Source: Sedimentisphaerales bacterium
Lineage (GTDB): Bacteria; Planctomycetota; Phycisphaerae; Sedimentisphaerales; SM23-30
Assembly (NCBI GenBank): GCA_963666285.1
Contig: OY762711.1
Length of the DNA stretch: 64,000 nucleotides
Direction: 5' to 3' (one strand)
A program made the position numbers and the translations under genes. Position 1 is the first letter of the stretch, and every line of letters starts with the position of its first letter. Positions 1 to 10,600 of the stretch are shown here, one piece after another. Under the pieces are notes generated by a model. The model saw only the letters and a program-made list of their open reading frames with translations, searched no databases and was not told the origin of the DNA.

Positions 1-157
1 GGTCTTTGCCGGTTACCAGCTTGCCGTTAAATGCACCGCCGATCATAAACGAATCCTTAAAAATATCTTTCAATGCAGGTTTATCGTCAGCATAGCTCAA
101 ACTGGTAATCAGCAGAACTATGAACACTGCTGGCATTAAATATATTTTACTTTTCAT
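1..157 (-). CDS. N-terminal fragment of a secreted glycoside hydrolase, probably GH10 endo-1,4-beta-xylanase (runs off window)
   Basis: Hand translation from ATG 157: MKSKIYLMPAVFIVLLITSLSYADDKPALKDIFKDSFMIGGAFNGK. Signal peptide followed by the LKD.FKD.F.IG.A.N start typical of GH10. Starts 3 nt after the stop of the upstream esterase. Confidence 0.6.
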   Translation of the reverse strand, partial: MKSKIYLMPAVFIVLLITSLSYADDKPALKDIFKDSFMIGGAFNGKLVTGKD

Positions 158-160
158 AAT

Positions 161-1402
161 TTACTCCTGGTTCTCAAACCACGTTAGAGCTATTGCTTCC
201 GCCATCAATCGATATCCTTCATCACTCAGGTGCAGATGATCGCCCGAATCCGCTATCGGCAGCAATTTTGCCGGGTTTTCCGGGTCACGTACTACGGCAT
301 CCCAATCGATAACTTTATCAAATTCACCGCTGGTTCTTATCCATTTATTAATCTTCAGCCGTTTTGCCTCTAATGTTTCTTGATAATAAAACGATTCTCC
401 GCACGGCAGAATTGTAGAGCCGATCACTTTCATACCGCATGATTTACATCGGTATATTATCTGCTTGTAACTGGTAATAATATCTTCTGCCGATGTCTGG
501 CCGCCGCCCAGGTCATTAATCCCTTCCAGTATAATAACCCATTTCGCTCCCGGTTGAGACAGTACATCTCTATCCATACGCTGCATAACAGGCTGGCCGA
601 TTCCCCCGTATATCAGGCAGTTACCGCCTATTCCCTGGTTCAAAATACCAATTCCTTTTGTCCCTTCATTTGCCTGTAGTCTTCTTGCCAGGTAATCTGG
701 CCAGCGACAATTATCTCCTTCCGTCGAACCTTTACCATCGGTTATTGAATCGCCCAGGCATACGATTGAGGCATTCGAATCTTCTGTCAGTATGTCAACT
801 CCGCTTAGAAAGTACCAGCATTTGTTTGCTGCAGCTGATTCTAATCTTTCATTTTTAGCGGCATTACCGGATTGTATATATACAACTTCACCTCTTGCAC
901 TGCGATGTCCGGATATTTTACTTGGCGATTTGCTAACGTATATTGTTATTACCAGGTCCGAGCCTGGTTTCAAAGCGAATTCTATCGGATCTGAAACCAT
1001 AATCGTTCCGTAAGGAATTGTTGCATTTGTTTTGCCGCTAAATGTTAATTGTTTCAATGAACCGGGTACTATTGAACTGCCGCCTGCTGAAACTGCGATA
1101 TAAGCTTCTCCTGTCTCCAGGTTATCCCGCCAATCTGCAAATGCATTCGAAAATCGAATAGAGATTGTATTTCCTCCGCAAGAAACTCGTACTACCTGGC
1201 GTATAGTTCTGTTGTCCAGTTTCTGGTGTTCTTCCGGCATAAGCTTCGGTTCAACAGTCTGCACTGAAGTGGCCCAGGTCCCAATCCAGTGTTTCTGATT
1301 ACCTGGATTTACTGCATTTTGTGAAATACAGTTTCCACAGACTGTCAGGCATAAAATTATAACCATATTGACTATAAATATATGCAAACGAGCTATAGAC
1401 AT
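161..1402 (-). CDS. Secreted SGNH/GDSL hydrolase (carbohydrate esterase-like)
   Basis: GDSITDG (block I), NQGIGGN (II), GINDL (III), DSGDHLH (V); N-terminal WIGTWATS domain. Confidence 0.9.
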   Translation of the reverse strand: MSIARLHIFIVNMVIILCLTVCGNCISQNAVNPGNQKHWIGTWATSVQTVEPKLMPEEHQKLDNRTIRQVVRVSCGGNTISIRFSNAFADWRDNLETGEAYIAVSAGGSSIVPGSLKQLTFSGKTNATIPYGTIMVSDPIEFALKPGSDLVITIYVSKSPSKISGHRSARGEVVYIQSGNAAKNERLESAAANKCWYFLSGVDILTEDSNASIVCLGDSITDGKGSTEGDNCRWPDYLARRLQANEGTKGIGILNQGIGGNCLIYGGIGQPVMQRMDRDVLSQPGAKWVIILEGINDLGGGQTSAEDIITSYKQIIYRCKSCGMKVIGSTILPCGESFYYQETLEAKRLKINKWIRTSGEFDKVIDWDAVVRDPENPAKLLPIADSGDHLHLSDEGYRLMAEAIALTWFENQE

Positions 1403-1756
1403 ATTTTCCTCTTAATTGGCTGCATAATATTATCTATAAAAATGTTATATCAAATCCTAAATGAATGGTATTTGGCAATAATAACAAATAATTGTGTGAT
1501 ATTGACTTATAAAGGCATTATTTAAGGAATGGCACGGAAAATTTTCTGGAATCAAAAATATGCTGTCAACCGGTATCGAACCAATCAACAGCATATTCTG
1601 AATATAATCTTTTGTTTGAAAATGTCAATATTTGACTTTTGAATTATTCAAAATGTTCAATTTAACAATTTATATTGCTGTAAAAAAATCTGTTATAAGA
1701 AGTCTGCCGCTTTACGGCTTTCAAGCTGATCGATGGTCAGTTTGAGTTTAAGTTTC

Positions 1757-4513
1757 CTATTGTAATTTAACTATGGTAGTCTGGCCAGACAAAGGAATCA
1801 GGCATGCGTTGCGCTCCAGGTTATATTCTTTTACTGGTGCAATCTTTCCTATCCCCGCTATTTTAGCAGGCTGTTCGATTCGCAAACGAGCTGTTTTAAG
1901 AGTGTCTGTTGCCGGATCAAGTTCAACTAGTATGCTGTTATCACTGATATTTATCGATAGCGACTTGAACTTTCCGCTGTCCAGAGTCAGCCATAGACCA
2001 AGCGGTGCTAAATAGCATCTCTGCCTGAACGAATCTAACGGCACAATCTTTATCATACCGCCTTGTATTGATACATTGCCGCCAAATGCATGCCAGCCAA
2101 ATTCCGGATGATTGATAACATATGTACCGGTATTCCAGGTATGACCGAACATATTACAGCCGAAATCGCCCGTTGTCGCGTCTTCTCGCAAAGTATTTGG
2201 CCATGCGTGAAATGCGGCCGCGGCAAAGCCTTCCCGGTCGATATTTGTTAATGTTCCCATCGCTCCGCCATAACCGACTCTCAGCAGGTGATAGTCATTT
2301 GGCCTTTCCCGGTAAGCTTGCAATACCGGTATTGCATTCAAACTTGAGCCGTAATGATGTATCTGGCGTTCGATTCGTGAGGTCGGACCTGGTGCAGCTC
2401 CATAAATGAAGTCCCAGTATCGGCGGGCATTGCCGTTATAGCCCCAATGCGGTACTTTTGGCATATATCCCAAAATTGCATTCAGCGTTACCTCGGCCTT
2501 ATCCTCATAACCAAAATATTTACACCATCCATAAACCTCTTCCTGGCCGGTTGAGTCCCATGCCATCTCGCTGCCGAATGGATAGTTCAATTCCCGCCAG
2601 TGCTGTGCCCGTTCTTTCATCACATTTTCCATCTTCTCTGCCTTTTCCGTCCAGCCTTCTTCCTTAAGGTCTTTCAAAATCTGGATAAATATACTTCCTT
2701 CCATCAATCCGAACTGGAAGTAATGGTGACCGAACTTTGGCATCGCCATTGCCGTACCGTATGCATTTTCCAGGTACCATTCCCACGGTTGATTTGTTAC
2801 CAGTCCGTCATAATGACGTGCCAGGCGGTAAAATACCCAGTGCGACAAAGCTACATGCGGATAATTATATGTACGGCCCAGGCTGTATGCCTGTTCCTTA
2901 TTCCAGCTCATCCAGCCGCCATAGTGTATTTCAGGGCTGTATGTACCTTCCGGCATTGTTTCTGGCTCATAATACAGCAGGCTCTTTCTTACCCCGTATT
3001 TCTGATCGCCTTCGCTTACCTGCAGGTGGCCCCACAGACATTCATCCATAAATCGCTGGAGTTTCTGCAGCTCTTCCTTATCGGGCTGGCCCAGCTGCTT
3101 CATTATCGCAGAGACATAGCCGCCGGTACCGCCTTCATCGCCCAGCCCGGCATGCCAGACACGGTTATCTTCTAATACAAGTTCATTTTTCTCGCGATTA
3201 TAGTTCATCACCGCTGGCGAACGGCCAAATGGATCGTTCGGATTATCATACCATTGGGTTGTGGTCATAAAATGACCCATATCTTTTAGTACCTGCTCTG
3301 CCGGCTTGATTACCCGGTAATGTATCGCCTGTTTCAGACCATCACCATAAGTGATCTCCAACCGTGCCCGGCCCCATTTTTTGCCTTCTACCGTTAGCTG
3401 CTGCCAGCCGCCGGCGGTATTTGCTTCTTGGCTAACTTCTAATGCTCCTTCTGGCACGACATTTAGCGATTTCAACTGGATACCGTATTTCAGGTATAAT
3501 GTGCCCTTGATATCTGTAGGCAGTATCATTCCCGGCATACCAACTGCAACTGGCCTGTCATTTGCTGTCAGGGTTGCTTCTATATCGCGTATTTCTGGTG
3601 CTAGTAATAATTTCAAACCGTAAATCCGGCTTTCGCCAGGCTTCAATACAGCACTTGTCGGTGCGTTCCATGGCCTGGCTTCTTTCCAGTCGGTTTCTGC
3701 CAGTGCTTTTGTATGCGGCATCCATTCGTAAAAACCTTCAAATGTTTGGCTAAGACGGGTTCGCTCGTCGAGCAGGGGATTATATCCTTCCAGCGGTGTC
3801 TCGCCTTCTGGAACTACCACCAGTGCAGGACCATGGCCGCTCAATCGCGTTACCTGAACAAATCCGCCGTCCAGCCCGATTGCAGGGTCTGTAAATGAAC
3901 ACACTGCATGCGCCTCATCCAGCGACCGCCTTGTTATGTAATTGTTAAAGATCAGCGGCATACCCAGCCCGCCGATTTCCACTGCTTCGTTGCTCTTATT
4001 GGTAACTGTAAAAGTTAATATCAGTTTACCTTTATCTTCTGACCATGTTCGTACTATCTGCAGCGGGCAGTCTTCCGGCAGGGTAGCTCCAAGATCCGCC
4101 GCCGCCAGGTCAGGTTTTGATACGGGTAATGCCTTTACCGGCTTACGATTTGCTGCCGTTGACAGCTCTGTCCATTCTGTATCATTGCCGCATCGTATCC
4201 GCAGATTAATATCGCCTAGATGGTAGAACCGGTTACCGACTCGTCTTTCCAGCTGGTCAGCCGGCGTAAAGTCAAATCCTTCGCCGCCTTTCGGCTCCAG
4301 CCCGGCAGCTGTTTGTGAGGCCTTTACCAGTTTTAGTGTAAAATCTGATGCGGCGTATTCTTCTATACCCTGGTCCAGTCCCAGGGTTGGAGTAATTGGT
4401 CGGCGGTTGCCCCAGCCTTGCCCGTTTACCCCGGCTATAGGAACCAACAAAACCGTTAACAGTAATACCATACATGTTCGTCGAGATTGATTAATCATCT
4501 TTGTGAATTTCAT
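1757..4513 (-). CDS. DUF5695-family secreted protein (putative glycoside hydrolase)
   Basis: GSEMAWDSTGQE, HWGYNGNARRYWDF, ERQIHHYGS motifs; start moved to ATG 4513 behind an AGGAGAG RBS. Confidence 0.75.
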   Translation of the reverse strand: MKFTKMINQSRRTCMVLLLTVLLVPIAGVNGQGWGNRRPITPTLGLDQGIEEYAASDFTLKLVKASQTAAGLEPKGGEGFDFTPADQLERRVGNRFYHLGDINLRIRCGNDTEWTELSTAANRKPVKALPVSKPDLAAADLGATLPEDCPLQIVRTWSEDKGKLILTFTVTNKSNEAVEIGGLGMPLIFNNYITRRSLDEAHAVCSFTDPAIGLDGGFVQVTRLSGHGPALVVVPEGETPLEGYNPLLDERTRLSQTFEGFYEWMPHTKALAETDWKEARPWNAPTSAVLKPGESRIYGLKLLLAPEIRDIEATLTANDRPVAVGMPGMILPTDIKGTLYLKYGIQLKSLNVVPEGALEVSQEANTAGGWQQLTVEGKKWGRARLEITYGDGLKQAIHYRVIKPAEQVLKDMGHFMTTTQWYDNPNDPFGRSPAVMNYNREKNELVLEDNRVWHAGLGDEGGTGGYVSAIMKQLGQPDKEELQKLQRFMDECLWGHLQVSEGDQKYGVRKSLLYYEPETMPEGTYSPEIHYGGWMSWNKEQAYSLGRTYNYPHVALSHWVFYRLARHYDGLVTNQPWEWYLENAYGTAMAMPKFGHHYFQFGLMEGSIFIQILKDLKEEGWTEKAEKMENVMKERAQHWRELNYPFGSEMAWDSTGQEEVYGWCKYFGYEDKAEVTLNAILGYMPKVPHWGYNGNARRYWDFIYGAAPGPTSRIERQIHHYGSSLNAIPVLQAYRERPNDYHLLRVGYGGAMGTLTNIDREGFAAAAFHAWPNTLREDATTGDFGCNMFGHTWNTGTYVINHPEFGWHAFGGNVSIQGGMIKIVPLDSFRQRCYLAPLGLWLTLDSGKFKSLSINISDNSILVELDPATDTLKTARLRIEQPAKIAGIGKIAPVKEYNLERNACLIPLSGQTTIVKLQ

Positions 4514-4629
4514 TTGCACTCTCCTATACATTCTATTTAGTACAAAATATAAACTGTTTGACACATTTTCTTTTGCTCTAACACATTGTAATATATTTGT
4601 TACATATATAGTCTGCCGCTTTGCGGCTA

Positions 4630-6039
4630 TCAGTTTGCCGGCTCCGGTCTCAGCTCAGAATCTTCTTTTTTCACCGGCTTCATAAATGGCAGCAGTCCTA
4701 TACATACCAGTCCAAACAGGGCATCTATCAATAGTGTTGCTGGATATCCATAGTGGTCAATTGCATAGCCTTGCCAGCGTGCTGTGTAAATTATCGTAAG
4801 GTTCAACAGTGACATATATGCCGTAAATTGAGTGCCTGCTACTTTCGGACAACATACATCCATGAATAGTGCATTTCTGGCTCCATACATCAAACCGTTA
4901 AATAGCGAAAATACTATACTGGCTATCCAGAACGCTGCTATCAAGCCATCCGGGGCGACCGGTCGATCTACAGCTTTAACATCAATAGGGTTGATCCAGC
5001 CGTAATGATACATCATATATGCAAAAAACAGTGTCGGCAGGGCGGTCAGGCATAAATAACCTGCCAGTGCTTTGCGCCTTCCTATTCTGTCTGATATAAA
5101 ACCTCCCAGTATGCACCCGCCGGCTGAAAATATGCCTGATACCAGGTTAACATTTCCATTCTGATTTTCATTCAGCCCGATTTCTACTGCTACATTACTC
5201 ATTAATGAGAGTGACAAAGCTAAAGCCCCGGGTGGTAGCAGTGCAAACCACACTCCAATAAAGGCTGCTTTACTACCAGTAAATGCCTTGAATGTCGTTA
5301 CTCCGAACTCCTTTACCTCATAAACCGCTGTTTTCAGTTTGCTCCCGCGCCATGCAACCTCTATAGCCGCATATTTTTCTTTCATCGGATAAGCTACCAG
5401 AAATGTTATTGCCAGGATACAGCATGATACAAATATACATGCCACTTTTAAACCCAGGTTTGTGTCATTGGTTTCTGATAGACTGTTTACATAATATATT
5501 ATTTTTAGTGAAACGGCTCCGCCTATGATTTGTCCGATATATGCTCCGCCAAACATTAAACCGTTGGCAAAACCGAGTTCTGCCTCATCTAATGTATTAC
5601 AGGCCAGTGCGTCAATTGCAATATCATTGGTTGCGCCGAATATATTATGGAAAAAAATAATTGCTGTAAACAGATTCAATACCAGGTGAAATTTATCCGG
5701 CAAAAAAGTGAATAACGCTATTTCCTGCGAAAACTTCACCGGCATGCTCGCCAATAGGCATGCGGTCATACTTACCTGCATCAGCAGTATCCAGAGCCGC
5801 CTGTGGCCGAATCGTTTCGAACTGAATAGATCAACAAACGGTGCTATCAGGAATTTGAACATCCATGGTACTGACAATGTCGCAAAAAAGGCGGCTACCT
5901 CTGTGACGCTTAGTCCTTGGCGACGCATCTGATCTATTAATACAACAGAGGTAAAACCGTATGGCAATCCTTCGGTTACATATAAAAAGAAAAACGCAGT
6001 TAAGCGGCCTTGTTTTGTCGCTAATAGATTCGGCAGCAT
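4630..6039 (-). CDS. MFS transporter, AmpG-like
   Basis: LYVTEGLPYG, PWMFKFLIAPFVD, G.RR.W, DIAIDA, GTQFTAYMSL; multiple TM segments. Confidence 0.85.
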   Translation of the reverse strand: MLPNLLATKQGRLTAFFFLYVTEGLPYGFTSVVLIDQMRRQGLSVTEVAAFFATLSVPWMFKFLIAPFVDLFSSKRFGHRRLWILLMQVSMTACLLASMPVKFSQEIALFTFLPDKFHLVLNLFTAIIFFHNIFGATNDIAIDALACNTLDEAELGFANGLMFGGAYIGQIIGGAVSLKIIYYVNSLSETNDTNLGLKVACIFVSCCILAITFLVAYPMKEKYAAIEVAWRGSKLKTAVYEVKEFGVTTFKAFTGSKAAFIGVWFALLPPGALALSLSLMSNVAVEIGLNENQNGNVNLVSGIFSAGGCILGGFISDRIGRRKALAGYLCLTALPTLFFAYMMYHYGWINPIDVKAVDRPVAPDGLIAAFWIASIVFSLFNGLMYGARNALFMDVCCPKVAGTQFTAYMSLLNLTIIYTARWQGYAIDHYGYPATLLIDALFGLVCIGLLPFMKPVKKEDSELRPEPAN

Positions 6040-6169
6040 ATACTCTCCGGAACAAATTCGATTTTTGTGCTGTCATTTGAATGATTATATTGGCAATAGT
6101 TTAGAGTATTACTGCTTCGATGACAATGATAATCGAAAAGAATTGATTATATGTGCGCATTGGATAGGA

Positions 6170-6808
6170 TTACCTGTTGTACTTACATATTGTGCGTAAG
6201 TATAGTACAGCAAGTATTGCCCCGATTATATCCGCTATCAGATCCAGCGAGGTATTGATATAATCACCCACACCGGATTCAGGAACTGCCAGTGTAACAA
6301 AAAACTCCAAAATCTCATTGACAGCACCTATCCCCAGGCCTGCCATCGCAACTATCAGCCATAGACCAAAGCCTCTCGCGCCGTCTTTTAATGATGGTTT
6401 TACTAGATGATAGCAGAGCAGGGTGGTTGTACCGAAACCCCAGATATGTACAAACTGATCAAACCGGAATATTGGCAGACTGTTACTTAACGGTACCAGG
6501 ATTAGCTCGTATAGCCGTACCTCTCCGACCCTGACCGCTCCGCCTGCCATATGCATTATCGCCCACACTGTCAATCCGGTAAGCACATCAACCGGATAAC
6601 GTACTTTTTTATATGTCGCCGCCACCAGGATAAACGCCGCCAGCACAACTGAAAGATAGATGATAAATTCATAGTTCAGCTTAGAAATGTAATATATCCC
6701 GAACCCCAGCATATTAGCAATATTTATTATCGCCAGTGCAATTACTGCCTTGCTGAATATTGTCCCTTCAGTTGTTTGTTCTTTTTCCATTTTTTTCTGC
6801 TTATTCAA
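6170..6808 (-). CDS. DUF2238-type inner-membrane protein
   Basis: Polytopic; HMAGG, FDQFVH, NEILEF, NTSLDL motifs. Confidence 0.6.
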   Translation of the reverse strand: MNKQKKMEKEQTTEGTIFSKAVIALAIINIANMLGFGIYYISKLNYEFIIYLSVVLAAFILVAATYKKVRYPVDVLTGLTVWAIMHMAGGAVRVGEVRLYELILVPLSNSLPIFRFDQFVHIWGFGTTTLLCYHLVKPSLKDGARGFGLWLIVAMAGLGIGAVNEILEFFVTLAVPESGVGDYINTSLDLIADIIGAILAVLYLRTICKYNR

Positions 6809-6879
6809 TTTTACCGGTTTTATATTTTAGTTTTCTCCCGCAGTTTTTAAGATGCAATAACGAAGTGCCTCTGGTAAAT

Positions 6880-7542
6880 CGCCTAAAAGGGCCTTCCTGT
6901 AACGCTTATGTTTTAAACAAAGCGAGAGACGATAGCGAATTATTCCTGATGTCAACGTACATCAGGACACCTTAATTTTTCATTATTCGTTTCTCACTTA
7001 GGTGGTCCTGTTTTGATCTTTGCAGATAACGTTGAACAGTTAAAAGTGCGATATCGCACTTTTATTTTGATGTAATAGATTTAAGGTTGCCTCCGAAGTT
7101 GTCAATTTCTGTAAAAAATATCAAAATCATGGCTCCCTGTTATCGGCCACAATACCAGGAAATGATGAATCAGGTCGCTCAATACCATCGCTGAACCAAT
7201 AATGATACAGTACGGCATAAGTTTCAGCCATTTTCCCTTTAACAGCAGGCATCCGATCAGCATCAACAAACCAATATACCCATGATGGATACGTATCCCT
7301 CCTGTTATCACACCAACCGTAGATGCCGTATCACGGGTCGATTCCATATGCAGCCCAAACCGGAAAAACGCTGTGATCCCTTCAATTACAACAGTAAGGA
7401 TTACTGTCCATATCAAAATCTTCAATTTAGTAAATTCCATGGAATCTTTTTCATTTTTCACTGTTTATAGCTGTTTACTTTCGCACTTTTTAAGTTGCGA
7501 TAAACGCCTAAAAGGGCCTTCCTGTAACGCTTATGTTTTAAA
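6880..7542. repeat. 38-bp exact direct repeat (6880-6917 and 7505-7542) flanking the 7102-7461 gene
   Basis: CGCCTAAAAGGGCCTTCCTGTAACGCTTATGTTTTAAA present twice. Confidence 0.9.
7102..7461 (-). CDS. Small membrane protein of unknown function
   Basis: Three hydrophobic segments; RIHHGYIG and SDLIHH motifs. Confidence 0.7.
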   Translation of the reverse strand: MKNEKDSMEFTKLKILIWTVILTVVIEGITAFFRFGLHMESTRDTASTVGVITGGIRIHHGYIGLLMLIGCLLLKGKWLKLMPYCIIIGSAMVLSDLIHHFLVLWPITGSHDFDIFYRN

Positions 7543-7604
7543 TCAAGCGTGAGCCGCAAGGCGAACACTTCAAAACTTCTTCCTTCTCGCTTCTGTCTTC
7601 TAAC

Positions 7605-10600
7605 TTATTTATTATATATTTCCAGCATCCAGTTTTCACTCATAGTCTGAACGTCTTCCATTTCATAACCGTTCAGCCAGTTTTCAGCCAGTATGCCAAA
7701 GTCAGCCAAATCAACTTTCTCATCGTTGTCCAGGTCGCCCTCGATTACCACATTTTCATAGCTCAGCCAAGGATAACCATAACCATCAACAACCTGCCAC
7801 AGATCTTCGCTGCCGTTTTCGGTCTCTCCGATCATGTCCCAGCCTGTCTCACTGTCATACCAGAATTCAGCGTCTGAACTGATATTCTCGCCCCAGTTGA
7901 CTGCATTTGGATTCGGTCCGTAGTAACTTCGTTCCGGGCTGGTAAACAGGCTGTAGCCGGTTAGACCGCCGAAATTGTCATATGCTGACACTTTCGCATT
8001 GGAATAGCAATTTGTGATATCTGACAGCTGCCAGCCGCCGGCCAAACCGCCGACATATTCCACGCCGATAACCTCACCGTTAAAGCAGCTATTGGAAATC
8101 GAACCATAGTTTAATGTTCCTGCCAGCCCGCCAACGAAATCTGAACCTATAACGTAAGCATCGCGAACAGCACAGTTCTTCAACTCTCCGGCATAAATCT
8201 CGCCTGCTATCACGCCGGTAAACTCGCTGCCAAGTAGCGTTTGTATCGTAGGACTGTACACTGCCAGGTTAGATACCCCCGCTGTATAGTCATCTTCGCT
8301 GTCAACATCTACAATATATCCAAAGATGCCGGCGATACCGCGAACACCTGACATTGTATAATTGCTTATTGAATGACCATCACCGTTGAATGTGCCTGTA
8401 AATGGATTGTCGACGTCATGCCCGAATAATGGCTTTTCAAATTCCATGCCGGTCAGGTCAATATCAGCACTCAGCTTATAATGCAGTCCCGGCAAATCGC
8501 CTGCCAGTAGAAAATCTACATAACTGCTCAGCAGGTAAGGGGTTTCCAATGTACCTTCTCCGCCGCCGAAATAGTACAGCATAAGCAGCTTAGGTTGTAT
8601 ATAACCGTCTGCCATCAGCCATGAACTGTAAGGGGCATTGCCAAACACCCATCCTGCCGATTCGAATATGCTCTTATCCAGCATCTCCGAGGCCGTCAGA
8701 CCTGTTACTCCGATTCCGAGACTATTGTCGGTACTCACGCCGCTCTCTGATAAGCTCCAGAAACAGGATGTCATACTACCGCTATTCAGACCGCTAAAGC
8801 CGCCGTAGATTATATCTGTTGGCACTGACATTGAGCCGGTACTGTAGCAGTAGCCGATTACACCGTTATTTGTGCCGATAAATCCACCGGCATTATCACT
8901 TGTAGCCATTACCGTTGCACGCGAATAGCTGTCATAGATGCTGCCGTCGTTAATTCCGCACAGCCCGCCGATATCGCCTTCACCTGATACCACACCCTGA
9001 TCGGTGTAGCAGTTCATGATTACTCCGGCATTCTCGCCTACAATCATTCCAACGCCGCTGCCGCTGCTGTTCAGCGTTGTTTGACTTACATAACTGTATA
9101 GGATCATACTGTTGGTCAGGTTGCTTCCCGCCAGCATACCGGCAACCCCGTCAGTATCAATTGTTCCGCTTACTGTGCAGTAATATATATTGCAGCCGTT
9201 AGTTCCTACCAGTCCGCCGCAGGCCCCGTCATAACTGTCCGAAATTATATCAACTCCGGTCAGATTTAGATCAATTATCTCGCTGCTGATCGTATCGGAC
9301 TTGTCGGTATAGCCAAATATTCCCGTGGCGTCACCGCTGCTGTTTATTACATAATTTGATATTGTATATCCCTGACCGTTAAAATTGCCGATAAACGGCA
9401 CTGATGATGTACCGATACTGTTATATTCACCTTCCAGTGTACTAAGATCTATATCATGTGTCAGTACAAAATAATCTTCCATTTGCGTTGAGATTTCCGA
9501 TATCATATCCAGGTCAAACGCAGTCGATATCTGCCAGGGCGAGCTTGAGGTTCCGCTGCCGCCGCTATAGCCGTAATCTTCGCCTACCGCTAATATTATC
9601 GTTGGAGAAGCATTATTGTCTTCGTCCGATTCATCTATCAGTTCTACCGCATCGACAAACGCTTTCATATAATATATCCCGTCTGACTCCGGTATTTCAA
9701 TGGTAAATGTCCCTGACGCATCATCTGTATATTTGGCTATGCTTAATGTACTGTCCAGTGAAGTTGCTATTACTTCTGCTGTTGACCAGTTTGCATCAAT
9801 ACTGCTCGCAATCTTCAACTTTGCATTTACACCTGTTACAGCTGCCGTTCCTTTATTGCTGACTAGAATCGTTGCCTTAAAACTTGTTATTCCGGCTTCG
9901 GAGCTTAGATATTTCTTAGCCATCTTACACGTCAGGTCTGGCGCATCCAGCACACTCTTCACCGTTATCGTATATTCCGGGATCTCCATGTCATTTCCAG
10001 GCTCGTTTACCTTCAGGTAATAAGTGTCTTTTTCAAGAATTACATCCCAGGTATATTTATTCGTCCCGGTTGTCGAATTATCAAAGTAAAGGGTTTCGGT
10101 CGCTTCCGGGTCATAAACATCATCTGTTCGGTACAGTCCCAGCTTGATTAGCGAATTACAGGTTATCTCCACCGTAACCTTTGATTTATCTGTAACTTCA
10201 AAATACATATAATCTACGTCTGCGACAGGTTCGATCGAATAGGTGGACTTAGTTCCAAATATTAACTCTTTGGCGTCTTCCATAGCATCGTCCGGTTCAT
10301 ACGAATCTAATTCATAGGTGTGCACACGTACTGATGATGATAGGTTATTGTTTTCATTAGACTCGCTTAACTCATCTTCGCTGTCGACTATCACGGCATA
10401 ATACCTGTCGCCCAGGTCTGCTGTGACTGGTTGGAAACTGAACAGCTCACTGTATTCCTCCTCGCCAACCAGCGATATTCGGCCATTCCGACCTTCTACT
10501 GCCGTATAACTGTCTGGATCACTCAAGTCTATTGTATCTGTTGCCGCCGATACCAGTTGATAACTGTAAGTTCCCGATGATATCACCGAATTATTTACCA